From the NCBI GenBank assembly GCA_963836235.1, contig CAWIIP010000002.1:1280001-1344000 (forward strand): a stretch of DNA of 64,000 nucleotides, written 5' to 3'. The notes beneath the pieces are model-generated. The model was not told the DNA's origin and searched no databases. It saw nothing but the letters and a program-made list of their open reading frames with translations. The stretch is from an uncultured Pseudomonadota bacterium. Its GTDB lineage: Bacteria; Oederibacteriota; Muellerivitia; Muellerivitales; Muellerivitaceae. Positions 49,744-60,153 of the stretch are shown here, one piece after another; positions within the stretch are counted from its first letter, which is position 1; every line of letters begins with the position of its first letter. The position numbers and the translations under genes were made by a program.

Positions 49744-50526
49744 TTACCTCTCGTTCCATTTCAAAAGGCGGCGCTCCGCCCAAAGAATGAGAAAGTCGAT
49801 CAGGAGGCCGGTCAGTCCGATGGCCGCCACCCCCACCAGCATCACGTCGGGTTGGGATACTTCCCGGGCGTACATGATCATGTAGCCGATGCCGGAAGAG
49901 GCCGCGATCAGCTCCGCCCCCACCACCGAGGCCCAGGCGATCCCCATGCCCACGCGAAGCCCGGTGAAGAGCGACGGCAGGGCCGAGGGCAGGATGACCC
50001 GGGTTAAGAGTGTCCACCGGTCCTTCTCCAATACCTGGGCCACTTCTAGGTAACGGGGGTCGGTGCCGCGAACGCCTTGGATCACGTTCAAAAGCACTGG
50101 CCAAAAGCTTCCGACCGCGATCACAACCACTTTGGAGCCTTCCCCGATTCCCAGCCAAAGGATGAGCGCGGGAATCCAGGCGATAGTGGGAATAGGCCGG
50201 AGCAGGCCCGTTAAAAGGGAGAGCGCCCGTTCCATCCTGGGCGAAAGCCCCATGGCCAGGCCCAGGACAATCCCCAGCCCCGCGCCCAGCGCAAACCCCT
50301 CCAAGACCCGCAAAAAACTGATTTTCAAGTTGCCCCATAGCTCACCCGAAGCCGTCAGTTCGATCAGTGTTTTCCCAATGACCAGTGGCGAAGGCAGGTA
50401 AGAGGACTTAAAGTCCCCCCGTTCGCTCAAAATTTGCCAAAGAAAGAGGCCGGCAACCGGCACCACGAGGGGCAGAATGAGCCTGTTGAGAAATAATTTT
50501 TTCGGGGGTTTTTCGGGAAAGGTCAT
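49744..50526 (-). CDS. SsuC/TauC-like ABC permease
   Basis: RPIPTIAWIP, LPSALP and GAELIAASSGIGY. Confidence 0.92.
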   Translation of the reverse strand: MTFPEKPPKKLFLNRLILPLVVPVAGLFLWQILSERGDFKSSYLPSPLVIGKTLIELTASGELWGNLKISFLRVLEGFALGAGLGIVLGLAMGLSPRMERALSLLTGLLRPIPTIAWIPALILWLGIGEGSKVVVIAVGSFWPVLLNVIQGVRGTDPRYLEVAQVLEKDRWTLLTRVILPSALPSLFTGLRVGMGIAWASVVGAELIAASSGIGYMIMYAREVSQPDVMLVGVAAIGLTGLLIDFLILWAERRLLKWNER

Positions 50527-50567
50527 GGGCTATTGTTCAATGGCATGGACGCTAGGTCAAGAAGGAC

Positions 50568-52703
50568 TTAAATTTCATCCGATTCAGGGATTTTATTTGT
50601 TCCATGCGGTGTTGAACCATCCCGAACTTTGTAAACCACTTCATCATCGGTTAAGAATACCGGTTCCAGGTCAGTTTGAATGAATTCTTCGAGAATCTTC
50701 CACTCTTTAGGGGTTAACTTTTCCTCCGGGGGCAGCCAGGATTCACTTTCCACCGGGCCATTCCGGGGGGCCACCACGTAATCCACTCCCCATTGCTTGA
50801 GCCGCTTCGCGATGCCCCCTGGATTGCCGTACTGGCGGACGAACTCGTGAAACGGATAAGGATCGAAAGCCATGTTCGAGCAAAAGGGGCGTTCCATGTA
50901 ATAACCCCTCGCGTCGGAGGTTAATAATATTTTGGAATCCGCTTCCGTGTTAGCCCTGATCCAAGAAGCCCATTTAAAATTATCAGCTGAAATCATACGG
51001 CCTAGGTATTCCGTCCGGGTTTCCTGGCCCCCCCAAATTCCCCCACAGGAAAAATAATGGGAACTAATGCCACATAGAAATGGCAGGGAAAGAAGCGCCG
51101 ACATCACCCCGAACAAAGCCAAGGCCTTCCCACCTAGTCCTTGATGAAGCGGCTGCCAACCACAAGCCAAAACCAGGCAAAGCCCCACAAAAAGCGGAAT
51201 GTGAAACCGGGGGATTTGAATGAGGAAAAACCCAATTAAAGAATAGGCCGCCAGGATCTTGAGTAAGATTTTTAAAGATAGATTTGCCGGACGGGCCGCA
51301 ATGAGAAGCGGTAGGGTGGCCAAAAAACAGGGGCCCAAAAAGTTGAAGAAACTGACGGGAGGCATGGTTAGGTTCCAAGGCACTTTCCACCAAGTTCCCA
51401 AGGCGTAAGGATAGTCCTTACTGAACTCGACCATTTCTTTGGCATGAAACTGGGAAACCAAACGTTGTCCGAACCATTCGTTCAGGCAGGGATAAACCGG
51501 ATTACCGGTCCAGCAGATGTTCCTGATCATCCAGGGACCCAATACTGCCAGGACAAGCGGAATTGCAATGGATACCAGTTTGAAGAATGGGATTTTCCGC
51601 CATCCGGAAACCATCCCTTGCCATACAAACCCCAATCCCAGCGCCAAGAGAATAATAAGACCGGTGTATTTAATGGAGAGTATCATTCCTCCAAAGATGG
51701 CGCTGGGGACTATCCATCGGATGGACGATTCCGCCATTTCCGATTCCCCAAGCCGCAGAGAACCATAAAGCGTCAACAAGGTGTAAAAAGCCAATAGACC
51801 TTCTACTTGAGTGGTCCACACATTAATCACGAGCATAGGGAAGGTGGAAACAAGCCCCATGGCAAGCCAAGCGGCCTCTTGTCCCGCAATCTCCAGGGCC
51901 CAGCCTCCGGAAAAGAGGATGATCATCAGGAAAACCCACGCGTGCAGCAGTTTGGAAACTTCGCCGCTTTTAAGAATGACGCCGTTCAGGAAATAAAGTT
52001 CCCCGGCGAACGGAAAAGTAATGAAGGAATTGGTTGGCATATCGGCGATCCCATGCCGGGCCATCCAATTGGCCAGGAAGCCCAGATGGTAGACCAAGGA
52101 ATCGGTCCATATTTCCGGGGCCAACCCATGACCGAATGAAAATAGAATGAAAAGAACGGCCAAAACCGCCAGACAACGGCAGAAAAACCCACTGGGTGGG
52201 GGAATGTCAGCATGAAGCCGTTGAATTATTTTTCTCCGGTCTTTTAACAGGTCCACCAAGGCCCAAAGAGCCAAAAGCACGAGCAGGGACACCAGCAGAA
52301 GCCGGACCCACAGGTTCAAAAACCCCAGCGCCAACCATACTTGACCGATCCCCACGACACCTAGGCCGAATTCCATGGGAGTTTTTATAAGTATGTTTCC
52401 GCTCACCAGTCCTATCAATTTCCCCATCCATCGCCCGGCTCTCCAAAAGGAGAGAACCAATAAAAAGGAAGCGAAAAAAGCCACGAGGGATTCAGACCAA
52501 ATGCCAAAGGCAAGGCCCGGTTGCCAAGGATGAGTGGAACCTGTTTTAAAAGCGGAAAGAGCGAGCCAAATCGGATTTTTTATTTTTCTTGAATATTCCA
52601 AGAGAACGAACAAAGCCCAGATTCCAGAAAGCGCCAACAGCCATTTTTCGTGGAATTTTTTTAAAAAACGCTCGAGCATTTTGATTCCTAACCACGAGCC
52701 CAT
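50568..52703 (-). CDS. Polytopic membrane protein, probable GT-C glycosyltransferase
   Basis: DSLVYHL, SIKYTG and PWMIRN..TGNPVYP, with many TM segments. Start may be 52679. Confidence 0.7.
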   Translation of the reverse strand: MGSWLGIKMLERFLKKFHEKWLLALSGIWALFVLLEYSRKIKNPIWLALSAFKTGSTHPWQPGLAFGIWSESLVAFFASFLLVLSFWRAGRWMGKLIGLVSGNILIKTPMEFGLGVVGIGQVWLALGFLNLWVRLLLVSLLVLLALWALVDLLKDRRKIIQRLHADIPPPSGFFCRCLAVLAVLFILFSFGHGLAPEIWTDSLVYHLGFLANWMARHGIADMPTNSFITFPFAGELYFLNGVILKSGEVSKLLHAWVFLMIILFSGGWALEIAGQEAAWLAMGLVSTFPMLVINVWTTQVEGLLAFYTLLTLYGSLRLGESEMAESSIRWIVPSAIFGGMILSIKYTGLIILLALGLGFVWQGMVSGWRKIPFFKLVSIAIPLVLAVLGPWMIRNICWTGNPVYPCLNEWFGQRLVSQFHAKEMVEFSKDYPYALGTWWKVPWNLTMPPVSFFNFLGPCFLATLPLLIAARPANLSLKILLKILAAYSLIGFFLIQIPRFHIPLFVGLCLVLACGWQPLHQGLGGKALALFGVMSALLSLPFLCGISSHYFSCGGIWGGQETRTEYLGRMISADNFKWASWIRANTEADSKILLTSDARGYYMERPFCSNMAFDPYPFHEFVRQYGNPGGIAKRLKQWGVDYVVAPRNGPVESESWLPPEEKLTPKEWKILEEFIQTDLEPVFLTDDEVVYKVRDGSTPHGTNKIPESDEI

Positions 52704-52734
52704 GACAGCGACTTAAAGAGAAGCCTTTCCCTGT

Positions 52735-53616
52735 TCAAGTGGGATTGGACAACTGGTCGGCCAAATAGCTGGAGCGGGTCAAGGGGGAAGCTTGCACCGA
52801 AAGTCCTAGTTTCCGACCCGTCTCGGTCCAATGTTGATAACGTTCCAGGGGCACATACTCCATCACTTCCAAGGTGGAACCAGGGGGTTTCAAGTATTGG
52901 CCGATGGTGAAGACTCTCACTCCCGCCTGGACCGCCTCGGAAAGCACTTCAGAAACTTCCGATTCAGTTTCCCCGAAACCCACCATCAGGCCCGCCTTCA
53001 ACATCACCTTGGCGGGATCGGCGTTTTTCCGGAACCAACGGAAAAGATTCAGCGACCTTTCATATTCGGCGCCGGGCCTGATGGGACCGTAAAGCCGGGG
53101 AATCGTCTGCAGGTCATGGGCGAGAACGTCCGGCGGGTTTCGAAGGAGAACCTCGTAGGATTTTTCCTTGCCCTGGAAGTCGGGCACGAGGACTTCGATT
53201 TTTAGCGCTGGGTTGAAGTCTCGCAAGGCTTCCACGATCCTCACAAACTGGCCCGCTCCCCCATCCTCCAATTCGTCCCGGTTGGGCGAAGTCATGACCA
53301 GATACCGAACCTTCAGAGCCCTGGCGATCTCGACCACCTTTTGGGGTTCGCTGGGGTCAAGCGGCAGAGGCTTTCCCGTCGTCACCGCGCAAAAAGGGCA
53401 TCCCCTTGTGCAGATGGAGCCCATGACCATAATGGAAATCGTGCCATGGTGGGGCAGGCATTCCCCCCGGTTGGGGCACTTAGCTTCCTCGCAAATGGTA
53501 TGGATGCCGTTCATCGGAAGCTTAGCGATCGCCTCTCGGAAGACATGCTTTGGATGGGGGTTAATGAGGAAGGAAGGCGTCGGAAGATGGGGATGGTTTA
53601 AAGTGGAATGGGTCAT
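52735..53616 (-). CDS. lipA: Lipoyl synthase
   Basis: CEEAKCPNRGEC (CX4CX5C), CTRGCPFC (CX3CX2C) and RSSY. Confidence 0.93.
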   Translation of the reverse strand: MTHSTLNHPHLPTPSFLINPHPKHVFREAIAKLPMNGIHTICEEAKCPNRGECLPHHGTISIMVMGSICTRGCPFCAVTTGKPLPLDPSEPQKVVEIARALKVRYLVMTSPNRDELEDGGAGQFVRIVEALRDFNPALKIEVLVPDFQGKEKSYEVLLRNPPDVLAHDLQTIPRLYGPIRPGAEYERSLNLFRWFRKNADPAKVMLKAGLMVGFGETESEVSEVLSEAVQAGVRVFTIGQYLKPPGSTLEVMEYVPLERYQHWTETGRKLGLSVQASPLTRSSYLADQLSNPT

Positions 53617-53670
53617 AAGCGGGTACAGGATAATCTAAAAAGAGGGGTTTTATCCACTTTCCCAAAAAAC

Positions 53671-53693
53671 AAAAAGCCAGCCAAAAGGCTGGC
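53671..53693 (-). terminator. Intrinsic terminator
   Basis: GCCAGCC-N4-GGCTGGC followed by a T-tract on the - strand. Confidence 0.7.
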
Positions 53694-53724
53694 CCCAGAA
53701 TTTTTAATTAACCGTCAAACCCTT

Positions 53725-53958
53725 TTAAATTCCCTCTAACTTTTCCCTATGGCAAAAGGATCTCTCGCTTTCGGGAAGGTCTTCGGTCACCCTGATGGAG
53801 GTGTCCCACCGCCCGCAGTGAGGACAGATAGTCTCGAATTCCACATAAATGTTTCCCTGGCGGCGCCATCGCAATACATGGGCGTGTAAAAGCCTTACCT
53901 TCCCCTCGCAGTCACAGCAATAGATGCTTTGGGCGTATGTTCCGGCTCCAAGGGCCAT
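53725..53958 (-). CDS. Small zinc-ribbon protein
   Basis: CCDC..CPHC, AAGGA RBS and a downstream terminator. Confidence 0.6.
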   Translation of the reverse strand: MALGAGTYAQSIYCCDCEGKVRLLHAHVLRWRRQGNIYVEFETICPHCGRWDTSIRVTEDLPESERSFCHREKLEGI

Positions 53959-54065
53959 GGGTTCATCCTTAGAAAAAATAGGAAGCCTTGGAAAGTAATT
54001 TTAAGGGAAAGAATGGATAATCTTTATGATCCAAATCAGACTGGGGAACTAAGAATTAAGGAATC

Positions 54066-54881
54066 TTAAAAATCCTCCGCGACGATCTTCACGCTAATGG
54101 TGGGTTCGGTTTTCTTGCGGGTGTAAACCACCTCTTCCATGTCTTCTAATACCGAGATAATGGCGCTCCCGGTGCCAATCAGGCTTAAATGGGCCGACTT
54201 GAGGGTGCCGGGATAACTATGAAGCCCCGCGAAGTGCTTGGGGGACTGGTGGATATAGGTGTAGCCCTGGGGATCATAGCGGCAGGCGGACTCAATAACC
54301 GGTTTCTGGTCGTCCTTATTGAGGGCCTTAGTGAGCATGAGTTCCAGGCTGTCTTCATCAAGTTTCCGGTCGGGAATATCGAAAAAAACCGCCGACACGC
54401 AATAATTGGAGTCGGGGGCGAAGCGCAGTTTGCTGGAAGCTTTCTTGACCGAGTGGAAAAGCTTATCCGGTTCTTCCTTCAAAGCCATTTCCTTGCCGAC
54501 GATTTCATTCAAGGTGACCGTCTTCGCGGGCTTCTTAATAAGCTTGTTGGTTTTCTCGAACATCAACCGCCCGTCTTTTTCCGGGCTGCAGGTATAAAGT
54601 TCGTCGATCAGGCGTTTGCTCTTTGGGTCGTAAATCAGAACCCGGTGGGATTCAGAAAGAATCCAGGAATATTTCAAAACTTCATCCGGCCCCACATTCC
54701 CAAGGCCTGGATAGGGCACGAAATCCAGAATGTTGAAATCATTGGCTAAAAGGCTGTCATTCCCCAAGTCCAGCAGGGCCAGACAGCGTTTCTTGGGCTC
54801 GGCCGGGAGTTCCACCTTCTCATAAATGGAGAAGATGCCGGTTCCTTTGGCGTATTTGGAGTCATCCAGCGGTTCGTTCAT
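54066..54881 (-). CDS. Two-domain AdoMet-decarboxylase-fold (pyruvoyl) protein, divergent
   Basis: ILSESH and LYTCS in the N-half. YDPQGYT and LHSYP in the C-half. Confidence 0.6.
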   Translation of the reverse strand: MNEPLDDSKYAKGTGIFSIYEKVELPAEPKKRCLALLDLGNDSLLANDFNILDFVPYPGLGNVGPDEVLKYSWILSESHRVLIYDPKSKRLIDELYTCSPEKDGRLMFEKTNKLIKKPAKTVTLNEIVGKEMALKEEPDKLFHSVKKASSKLRFAPDSNYCVSAVFFDIPDRKLDEDSLELMLTKALNKDDQKPVIESACRYDPQGYTYIHQSPKHFAGLHSYPGTLKSAHLSLIGTGSAIISVLEDMEEVVYTRKKTEPTISVKIVAEDF

Positions 54882-55032
54882 TTTTTTCTTTATATTTTAT
54901 TTTGAAGCCCGTTCATTTTATGAAAAACTTAGGAAAATGGATGAAAAATATTGAGATGGGGACTATTTTTTACCTGCCGTTATTATCCGTTCAAGAGCAT
55001 CATCTTTCGTGGATCAGGGATAAGCGATTCAA

Positions 55033-56541
55033 ATGACCAGCGAACTAAAGGATAATCTTAAAGAAGTCTTGCCTCCCGCCTATTTTTCAAGCCGCTGGGT
55101 TTTTCTCAAGGTTTTAGCGCTTTGTTACTTGGCTGCTTTTGGGTCCCTTTGGATGCAGGTGGATGGTTTGATCGGGGAGAAAGGGATTCTTCCGGTCCGG
55201 ATTTTTCTCAGCCAGGCCCAGGTGGAATTGGGCTCCAAGGCCCTTTGGGAAATTCCCACCCTCTGCTGGCTCAACGACAGTAATGCCTTCCTCCATTTGC
55301 TTTGCGGCGCGGGAGTCGTTTTTTCAATTCTTCTTCTTTTGGATTTAGCGCCTCTCTTGTGCCTGGCACTGCTTTGGTTTCTTTACCTTTCGTTGGTCAT
55401 GGCAGGCCAGGAATTCCTGAGCTTTCAATGGGACAACCTGCTTTTAGAAGCGGGCTTTCTCGCTGTTTTCTTGGTTCCCCTCGCCTTAAGAGTGGGCCCA
55501 TCCGATAAAAACCCGCCGCTAAGGATGATTCTTTTTCTTTTCCAATGGCTCCTGTTTCGCCTAATGTTTTCCTCAGGCTTGGTCAAACTGACCAGCGGGG
55601 ATTCCGCCTGGCGGCACTTGACCGCCCTTCAATTCCACTATGAAACCCAGCCCCTCCCTACGCCCCTAGCCTGGTACTTCAACCGGTTTCCCGGATGGTT
55701 CCAGCAACTGTCCTGTCTTTACATGTTCGGAATCGAGTTGATCGTTCCCTTCTTCATCTTCGGCCCCCGGCGCTTTCGTCCATGGGCCTTTGGTCTTTTG
55801 GCCTCCCTCCAACTGTTGATCGCCATAACGGGAAACTATTGCTTCTTCAACCTATTGGCTTTGGGGCTATGCCTTTTCACCCTGGAAGACGAAGCCTATC
55901 CCCGGTGGTGGAAAAATCGGTGGTCGGCCCCGCGGGAAAAACCAAAAAGATTCTCGAGGACTTGGCCCCGCTGGATCACGGCGCCCCTGGCAACTTTGGT
56001 AATCTACCTTTCCCTTATCCAAATGCTCTATACCCTCGGTAGACGGTTCCAATTGCCTGATCTTTTAAGCCTGCCCGCGGAGTTGGCGGAACCCTTCCGG
56101 TCCGTCAATTCCTATGGGCTTTTCGCGGTCATGACGACAACCCGCCCCGAGATTTTGGTGGAAGGAAGTCGTGACGGAGTTCACTGGCTACCCTATGACT
56201 TTAAATGGAAAGCCGGGGACCTGGGCCGGGCCCCCTCTTACGTGGCACCTTACCAACCCCGCCTGGACTGGCAAATGTGGTTCGCCGCCCTGGGGGATTA
56301 CCGAAATAATCCCTGGTTCGTGAATTTCCTCATCCGGCTTCTCCAGGGTTCGCCGGACGTGGTGAATCTTTTAAGGGCGAATCCCTTTCCGAACAACCCT
56401 CCCCAATTCATCCGGGCGAAGCTGGAGCAATATCATTTCACGAATTTTTCGGAGAAAGCCCGGACGGGCCAATGGTGGAAGAAGGAAGAAAACGGCTTTT
56501 ATATCCCGGCTTTTTCCCTCAAGAATCTCCAAAACCATTAA
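55033..56541 (+). CDS. Lipase maturation factor (LMF1) family protein
   Basis: FQWDNLLLEAG, FRLMFSSGLVKL, HYETQPLP and PYQPRLDWQMWFAAL. Confidence 0.95.
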   Translation: MTSELKDNLKEVLPPAYFSSRWVFLKVLALCYLAAFGSLWMQVDGLIGEKGILPVRIFLSQAQVELGSKALWEIPTLCWLNDSNAFLHLLCGAGVVFSILLLLDLAPLLCLALLWFLYLSLVMAGQEFLSFQWDNLLLEAGFLAVFLVPLALRVGPSDKNPPLRMILFLFQWLLFRLMFSSGLVKLTSGDSAWRHLTALQFHYETQPLPTPLAWYFNRFPGWFQQLSCLYMFGIELIVPFFIFGPRRFRPWAFGLLASLQLLIAITGNYCFFNLLALGLCLFTLEDEAYPRWWKNRWSAPREKPKRFSRTWPRWITAPLATLVIYLSLIQMLYTLGRRFQLPDLLSLPAELAEPFRSVNSYGLFAVMTTTRPEILVEGSRDGVHWLPYDFKWKAGDLGRAPSYVAPYQPRLDWQMWFAALGDYRNNPWFVNFLIRLLQGSPDVVNLLRANPFPNNPPQFIRAKLEQYHFTNFSEKARTGQWWKKEENGFYIPAFSLKNLQNH

Positions 56542-56567
56542 AAGATATGAAGGTTTTCTTCTTAACT

Positions 56568-57524
56568 TTATTTCGTCAAATAAAGATTGAAATCATAGGT
56601 GCAGGGAAGGTAACCCGGAAACCGCAATAAATTTTCTTCGCCGTGTTTCCAAAGGTAATAAAGCTTGGGATAGGAGCGGCCCTCCGTCACGGCCTTCTCC
56701 ACGCTGCTCTCACCGGACTCCCGCCCCTGATAGGCCCGCTCCCAATCCCGCTTACGGGGCCAATATCCCAAAACACGCAGGGCCCGCTTGAGACCGCAAC
56801 TGTAGAATTTCTCGATTCGAAGTCCGGCTTTTTGGGCCAAGAGGGTCAGCGACGGGGGGCTGAAAAAATAAAGGTGCCCATCCATGCTCGTCGCCCGGGC
56901 GCCCAATCGGAGGTGGTAATCCTTGTAACCGAAACGGTCCACCCCGCCGTTGGGAACGGCCAAATAGAGACGCCCCCCCGGTTTCAGGATGCGGCCTACC
57001 TCGGCCATGACCAACGCGGGATCGGGAACATGTTCCAAAACATTATTGAGGTGGATGAAATCAAAAAAATTCTTTGGGTAATGGGCTTTCTCCAAGGGAA
57101 CGTCCTTGACTCGCAATCCCATTTTTTCACGGGCATAGGACGCCGCCGCTTTCCCCATTTCCTGGCCATAGACTTCCCAGGCGCAATTTTGGCGGATCCC
57201 GCTCAGGAAAAAACCCGTCGCGCATCCGATATCCAGGAAGCGGCCTTTTTCGGCGATGCGCCTCAAGTGGCGGGCATAGTAATAGCCTTTCCCCTCCTCG
57301 ACCGCCCGGTTGAAATTGTAGTATCCCTGGTTATAGAAAGCGTTGATTTCCCTGCCCTTGGGCAATGGCGAAAGCACCGACAGGCGGCAGTGACCGCATT
57401 CCCTGATCCAACGTTCGTCGCCCTTCAGAAAAGAGGCGGGACAATAGTCCGTGAACCCGTCCTTTCCGCCGCAAGCGGGACAGGGAATCATCCGGCTTTT
57501 TCCTGGCATGGCTTTCCTTCCCAA
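56568..57524 (-). CDS. Class I SAM-dependent methyltransferase with N-terminal Cys motif
   Basis: CPAC..CGHC, LDIGCATG, VLEHVPDP and LKPGG. Confidence 0.9.
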   Translation of the reverse strand: MGRKAMPGKSRMIPCPACGGKDGFTDYCPASFLKGDERWIRECGHCRLSVLSPLPKGREINAFYNQGYYNFNRAVEEGKGYYYARHLRRIAEKGRFLDIGCATGFFLSGIRQNCAWEVYGQEMGKAAASYAREKMGLRVKDVPLEKAHYPKNFFDFIHLNNVLEHVPDPALVMAEVGRILKPGGRLYLAVPNGGVDRFGYKDYHLRLGARATSMDGHLYFFSPPSLTLLAQKAGLRIEKFYSCGLKRALRVLGYWPRKRDWERAYQGRESGESSVEKAVTEGRSYPKLYYLWKHGEENLLRFPGYLPCTYDFNLYLTK

Positions 57525-57620
57525 GAGGGTTTTAATCTGTTCCTCGCCTTATTATTGCAGATCCTAAAAGAAACACTGGTTTGAGCCCTACTTCCTTTTT
57601 CCGGAACGGCCGGCTACGGG

Positions 57621-58622
57621 TCACAAGTTATAGGTGAGTCCGATGGAATAACCCGAAAAATTCACGGTGGTGGGCACCGCAAAATTGACCGTCTCTTTGA
57701 GAATGGGGCTGTAATTGATCCCCGCGGGGAAATATTCCCGCCCTTCCTGGATCGACAAGGCCAGAACGAAATCCGTCAAAAAAGTCAAGTCGCAAGCCAG
57801 GGTGACCGAAGGAATCCGCTCCGTTTCATTTAAATCGTGTTGGGCGGTGTGCAGGATATTTTGCCACTGGTAAGTCCTGGAATAACTCTCTTCCCCGGTC
57901 AGGGAGAATTCCAGGAAATCCCAAGGCGTGACCGTGGCCACCAACCCCGCGATCCAGTCGACACTGTCGATCTCATTGATCTTGTCCGAGGTGCCTCTCA
58001 AAACTTCGGAAAGGGGGCCCTGGTGGCTTTCCGGGTTTCCCTCCAACATCGGCCCCACTTCCAACGCTTTAAGCAGTTCAAAATTCAAGCTCAAGGTGGC
58101 GTCATAAGAATTTAAGGCCTGGGCCCCCTGTTGGAAGGCCAAGACTAAGGAGGGTTTGAAAACCCCCAAACCCAGGCCGCCTTCCCCCGAAAAAGTCCCA
58201 TAACTGGTGGGTGATCCTTCCAGCATTTCCTGGCCCCCGCCCGATACGACGGAAAAGTAATGGCCGCTTTCGCTGAAGTTGTAGGTCCCGGTCAAAGAGA
58301 TTTCCTGGTTGATTTCCGCCTGTCCCAGGGAGGACTGGCTGGAAAAGGTATATCCCACTTGGCCCGTCCAATTGGGCTTGAAGGGTTCATTTTTGTTGTC
58401 TTCCTGGTCTTCGTCTTTTTCACCGGAGGCGCTTTCGGTTACAGATTCGGAATCACTTTCGGAATTTTGCAAATCCGCCAATTGGACTTCCAACGGAGCT
58501 GTGAAACCCGTAGGTATGGGGGAGGTGCCGTTAATGCCCACCGAAGGGCTCGCGGCTATTAACTGGGAAGCAACGGTCCCCCAAAGTACCAGCGCGAGAA
58601 GGCGGGATGGCTTTTGATTCAT
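57621..58622 (-). CDS. Putative outer-membrane beta-barrel protein
   Basis: Signal peptide, acidic linker, amphipathic strands and C-terminal IGLTYNL. Confidence 0.6.
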   Translation of the reverse strand: MNQKPSRLLALVLWGTVASQLIAASPSVGINGTSPIPTGFTAPLEVQLADLQNSESDSESVTESASGEKDEDQEDNKNEPFKPNWTGQVGYTFSSQSSLGQAEINQEISLTGTYNFSESGHYFSVVSGGGQEMLEGSPTSYGTFSGEGGLGLGVFKPSLVLAFQQGAQALNSYDATLSLNFELLKALEVGPMLEGNPESHQGPLSEVLRGTSDKINEIDSVDWIAGLVATVTPWDFLEFSLTGEESYSRTYQWQNILHTAQHDLNETERIPSVTLACDLTFLTDFVLALSIQEGREYFPAGINYSPILKETVNFAVPTTVNFSGYSIGLTYNL

Positions 58623-58695
58623 TTTGAAATTCCTGAAGATTTTTTCCACCGGGTCTTTAACCCACCAGTTCTTTTCCCTTGAATCGGTTCCATTT

Positions 58696-60153
58696 TCATA
58701 AGTAAAACGTCCCCTGAATTTCCGCGTCCAATGAAAGGCTTTTATAAATCGATCCATCCAACCCCGTCTCCGGGCCCAGGATGAATTTGCCGTCGAGCTT
58801 CATTCCCTTGTCTTCGTACCCCAGGCCCGTTGTTAATAAAGTCTGGAGGACATCCAGATTGACGCTTTGGCTATAGATATCCTCTTCTATCACCATTCCC
58901 CCCCGGAGGGCGACATGGGATGAAAGCCACTTTTCCCCGCCCAAAGCCAGTTGATAAAGGACATAGTCCGTAGCCGTCAAATTGTTGGTAGAAATAACCT
59001 GGTCGTCGTGAACGTAACCTTGGGTAATGAATTGAAGTCCCCAGCTGTAGTCACCGGGGGATTCCAGGCCGACACCCAGGGCACCGTTGAATTGCTGGCG
59101 GTTTTGATTGCTCGTGACGTTCTCGCCCGTTCCGAGAAAATCGGAATTGGTTAGGATGGCTTGGAAGCTGCCGGTGAGTTTGAGGTTTTCCTTATCGGAC
59201 AGGGGAAGGGTGAGGCGAAAAGTCCCAAAATTATTCATGGATTGGAACTGAAGATTGACATAGGTGGAACTGTTCAAAAAACCGGCGGAGGTCGGGTTAA
59301 CGCTTTGGCTGAAAGTGTTGTAATTATTGGTGACGAAAGAATAAAACTTCAACAGGAGCCGGCCGGGGATGTCGTAATAGACCTCCGGGCCAAAATAATA
59401 ATATTGGGTCAAGGAAGAAGTCTGCTGGAGATTGACGACCGGGGAGCCCAGGTAAAAACGGTCCAAATCGGAGTCGGTGTTGTCGGCCCCTATCGATGTC
59501 TCAAAAACCCCGCCCACTTCCCAACGGGGGCTGTCCCGATCCTCGTTTTCCGGGAAGATGGAAATCACCCCGGCCCGAACGCGGGTGAAGTTATTACTGT
59601 TGGAACCCTCGGACTGGCCTATGTATGGGGTGAAAAGGCCCGGATCGATGGTATCGTCCGATTCCGTGTTGCTCACTTCCAAGCCGAAGGCGAAAGGCCC
59701 GCTGTTATAGGCGGCCCGTAGGAGCGACCGGTATTGATGGGTGCTATAGGTATCGGCCAGATAATTACCCTCCACCTGGCCCTGGGGATAGAGGAAATCC
59801 CCCGCTACCTGGAAGGCCCAATGGGGATCGGGAAAAACCATGAGCCCCTCGTATTTAATGACTCCATCATTGTTCAAGCGGGGGATGGTGCTGAAGCTTT
59901 GTTGAAGGGCGCCCGGGGCGGCGGGCTGGGAATTCAAGTAAGTCCATTGTCCCGCCAGGTCGAAACGGTCATGGGTGGCCAAAAGAACCAATCCGGCGGG
60001 GTTTCCGTCCAGGAAAAGATCCCCGTTATTAGTTTCGTCGTCGATCACGGTCGTAAGCCCACCCGCCGAATCCACCCTGCTTTCCGAAGCGAAGAGCGGA
60101 CCGAAACCGGCCACCATAAAGAGGACTAGCGATATCCAAGTTTTTGTTTTCAT
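58696..60153 (-). CDS. Outer-membrane beta-barrel, FadL/PorV-like N-terminus
   Basis: Signal peptide, SRVDSAGG..NPAGL, ALRGG and C-terminal QGTFYL. Confidence 0.6.
   Translation of the reverse strand: MKTKTWISLVLFMVAGFGPLFASESRVDSAGGLTTVIDDETNNGDLFLDGNPAGLVLLATHDRFDLAGQWTYLNSQPAAPGALQQSFSTIPRLNNDGVIKYEGLMVFPDPHWAFQVAGDFLYPQGQVEGNYLADTYSTHQYRSLLRAAYNSGPFAFGLEVSNTESDDTIDPGLFTPYIGQSEGSNSNNFTRVRAGVISIFPENEDRDSPRWEVGGVFETSIGADNTDSDLDRFYLGSPVVNLQQTSSLTQYYYFGPEVYYDIPGRLLLKFYSFVTNNYNTFSQSVNPTSAGFLNSSTYVNLQFQSMNNFGTFRLTLPLSDKENLKLTGSFQAILTNSDFLGTGENVTSNQNRQQFNGALGVGLESPGDYSWGLQFITQGYVHDDQVISTNNLTATDYVLYQLALGGEKWLSSHVALRGGMVIEEDIYSQSVNLDVLQTLLTTGLGYEDKGMKLDGKFILGPETGLDGSIYKSLSLDAEIQGTFYL

Noticed and set aside
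49733-50338. Alternative-frame ORF over the ABC permease (similar cases at 7014-7898, 11191-11997 and 56643-57584)
   Set aside because: No recognisable motifs, and each lies over a well-supported gene in GC-rich coding sequence.
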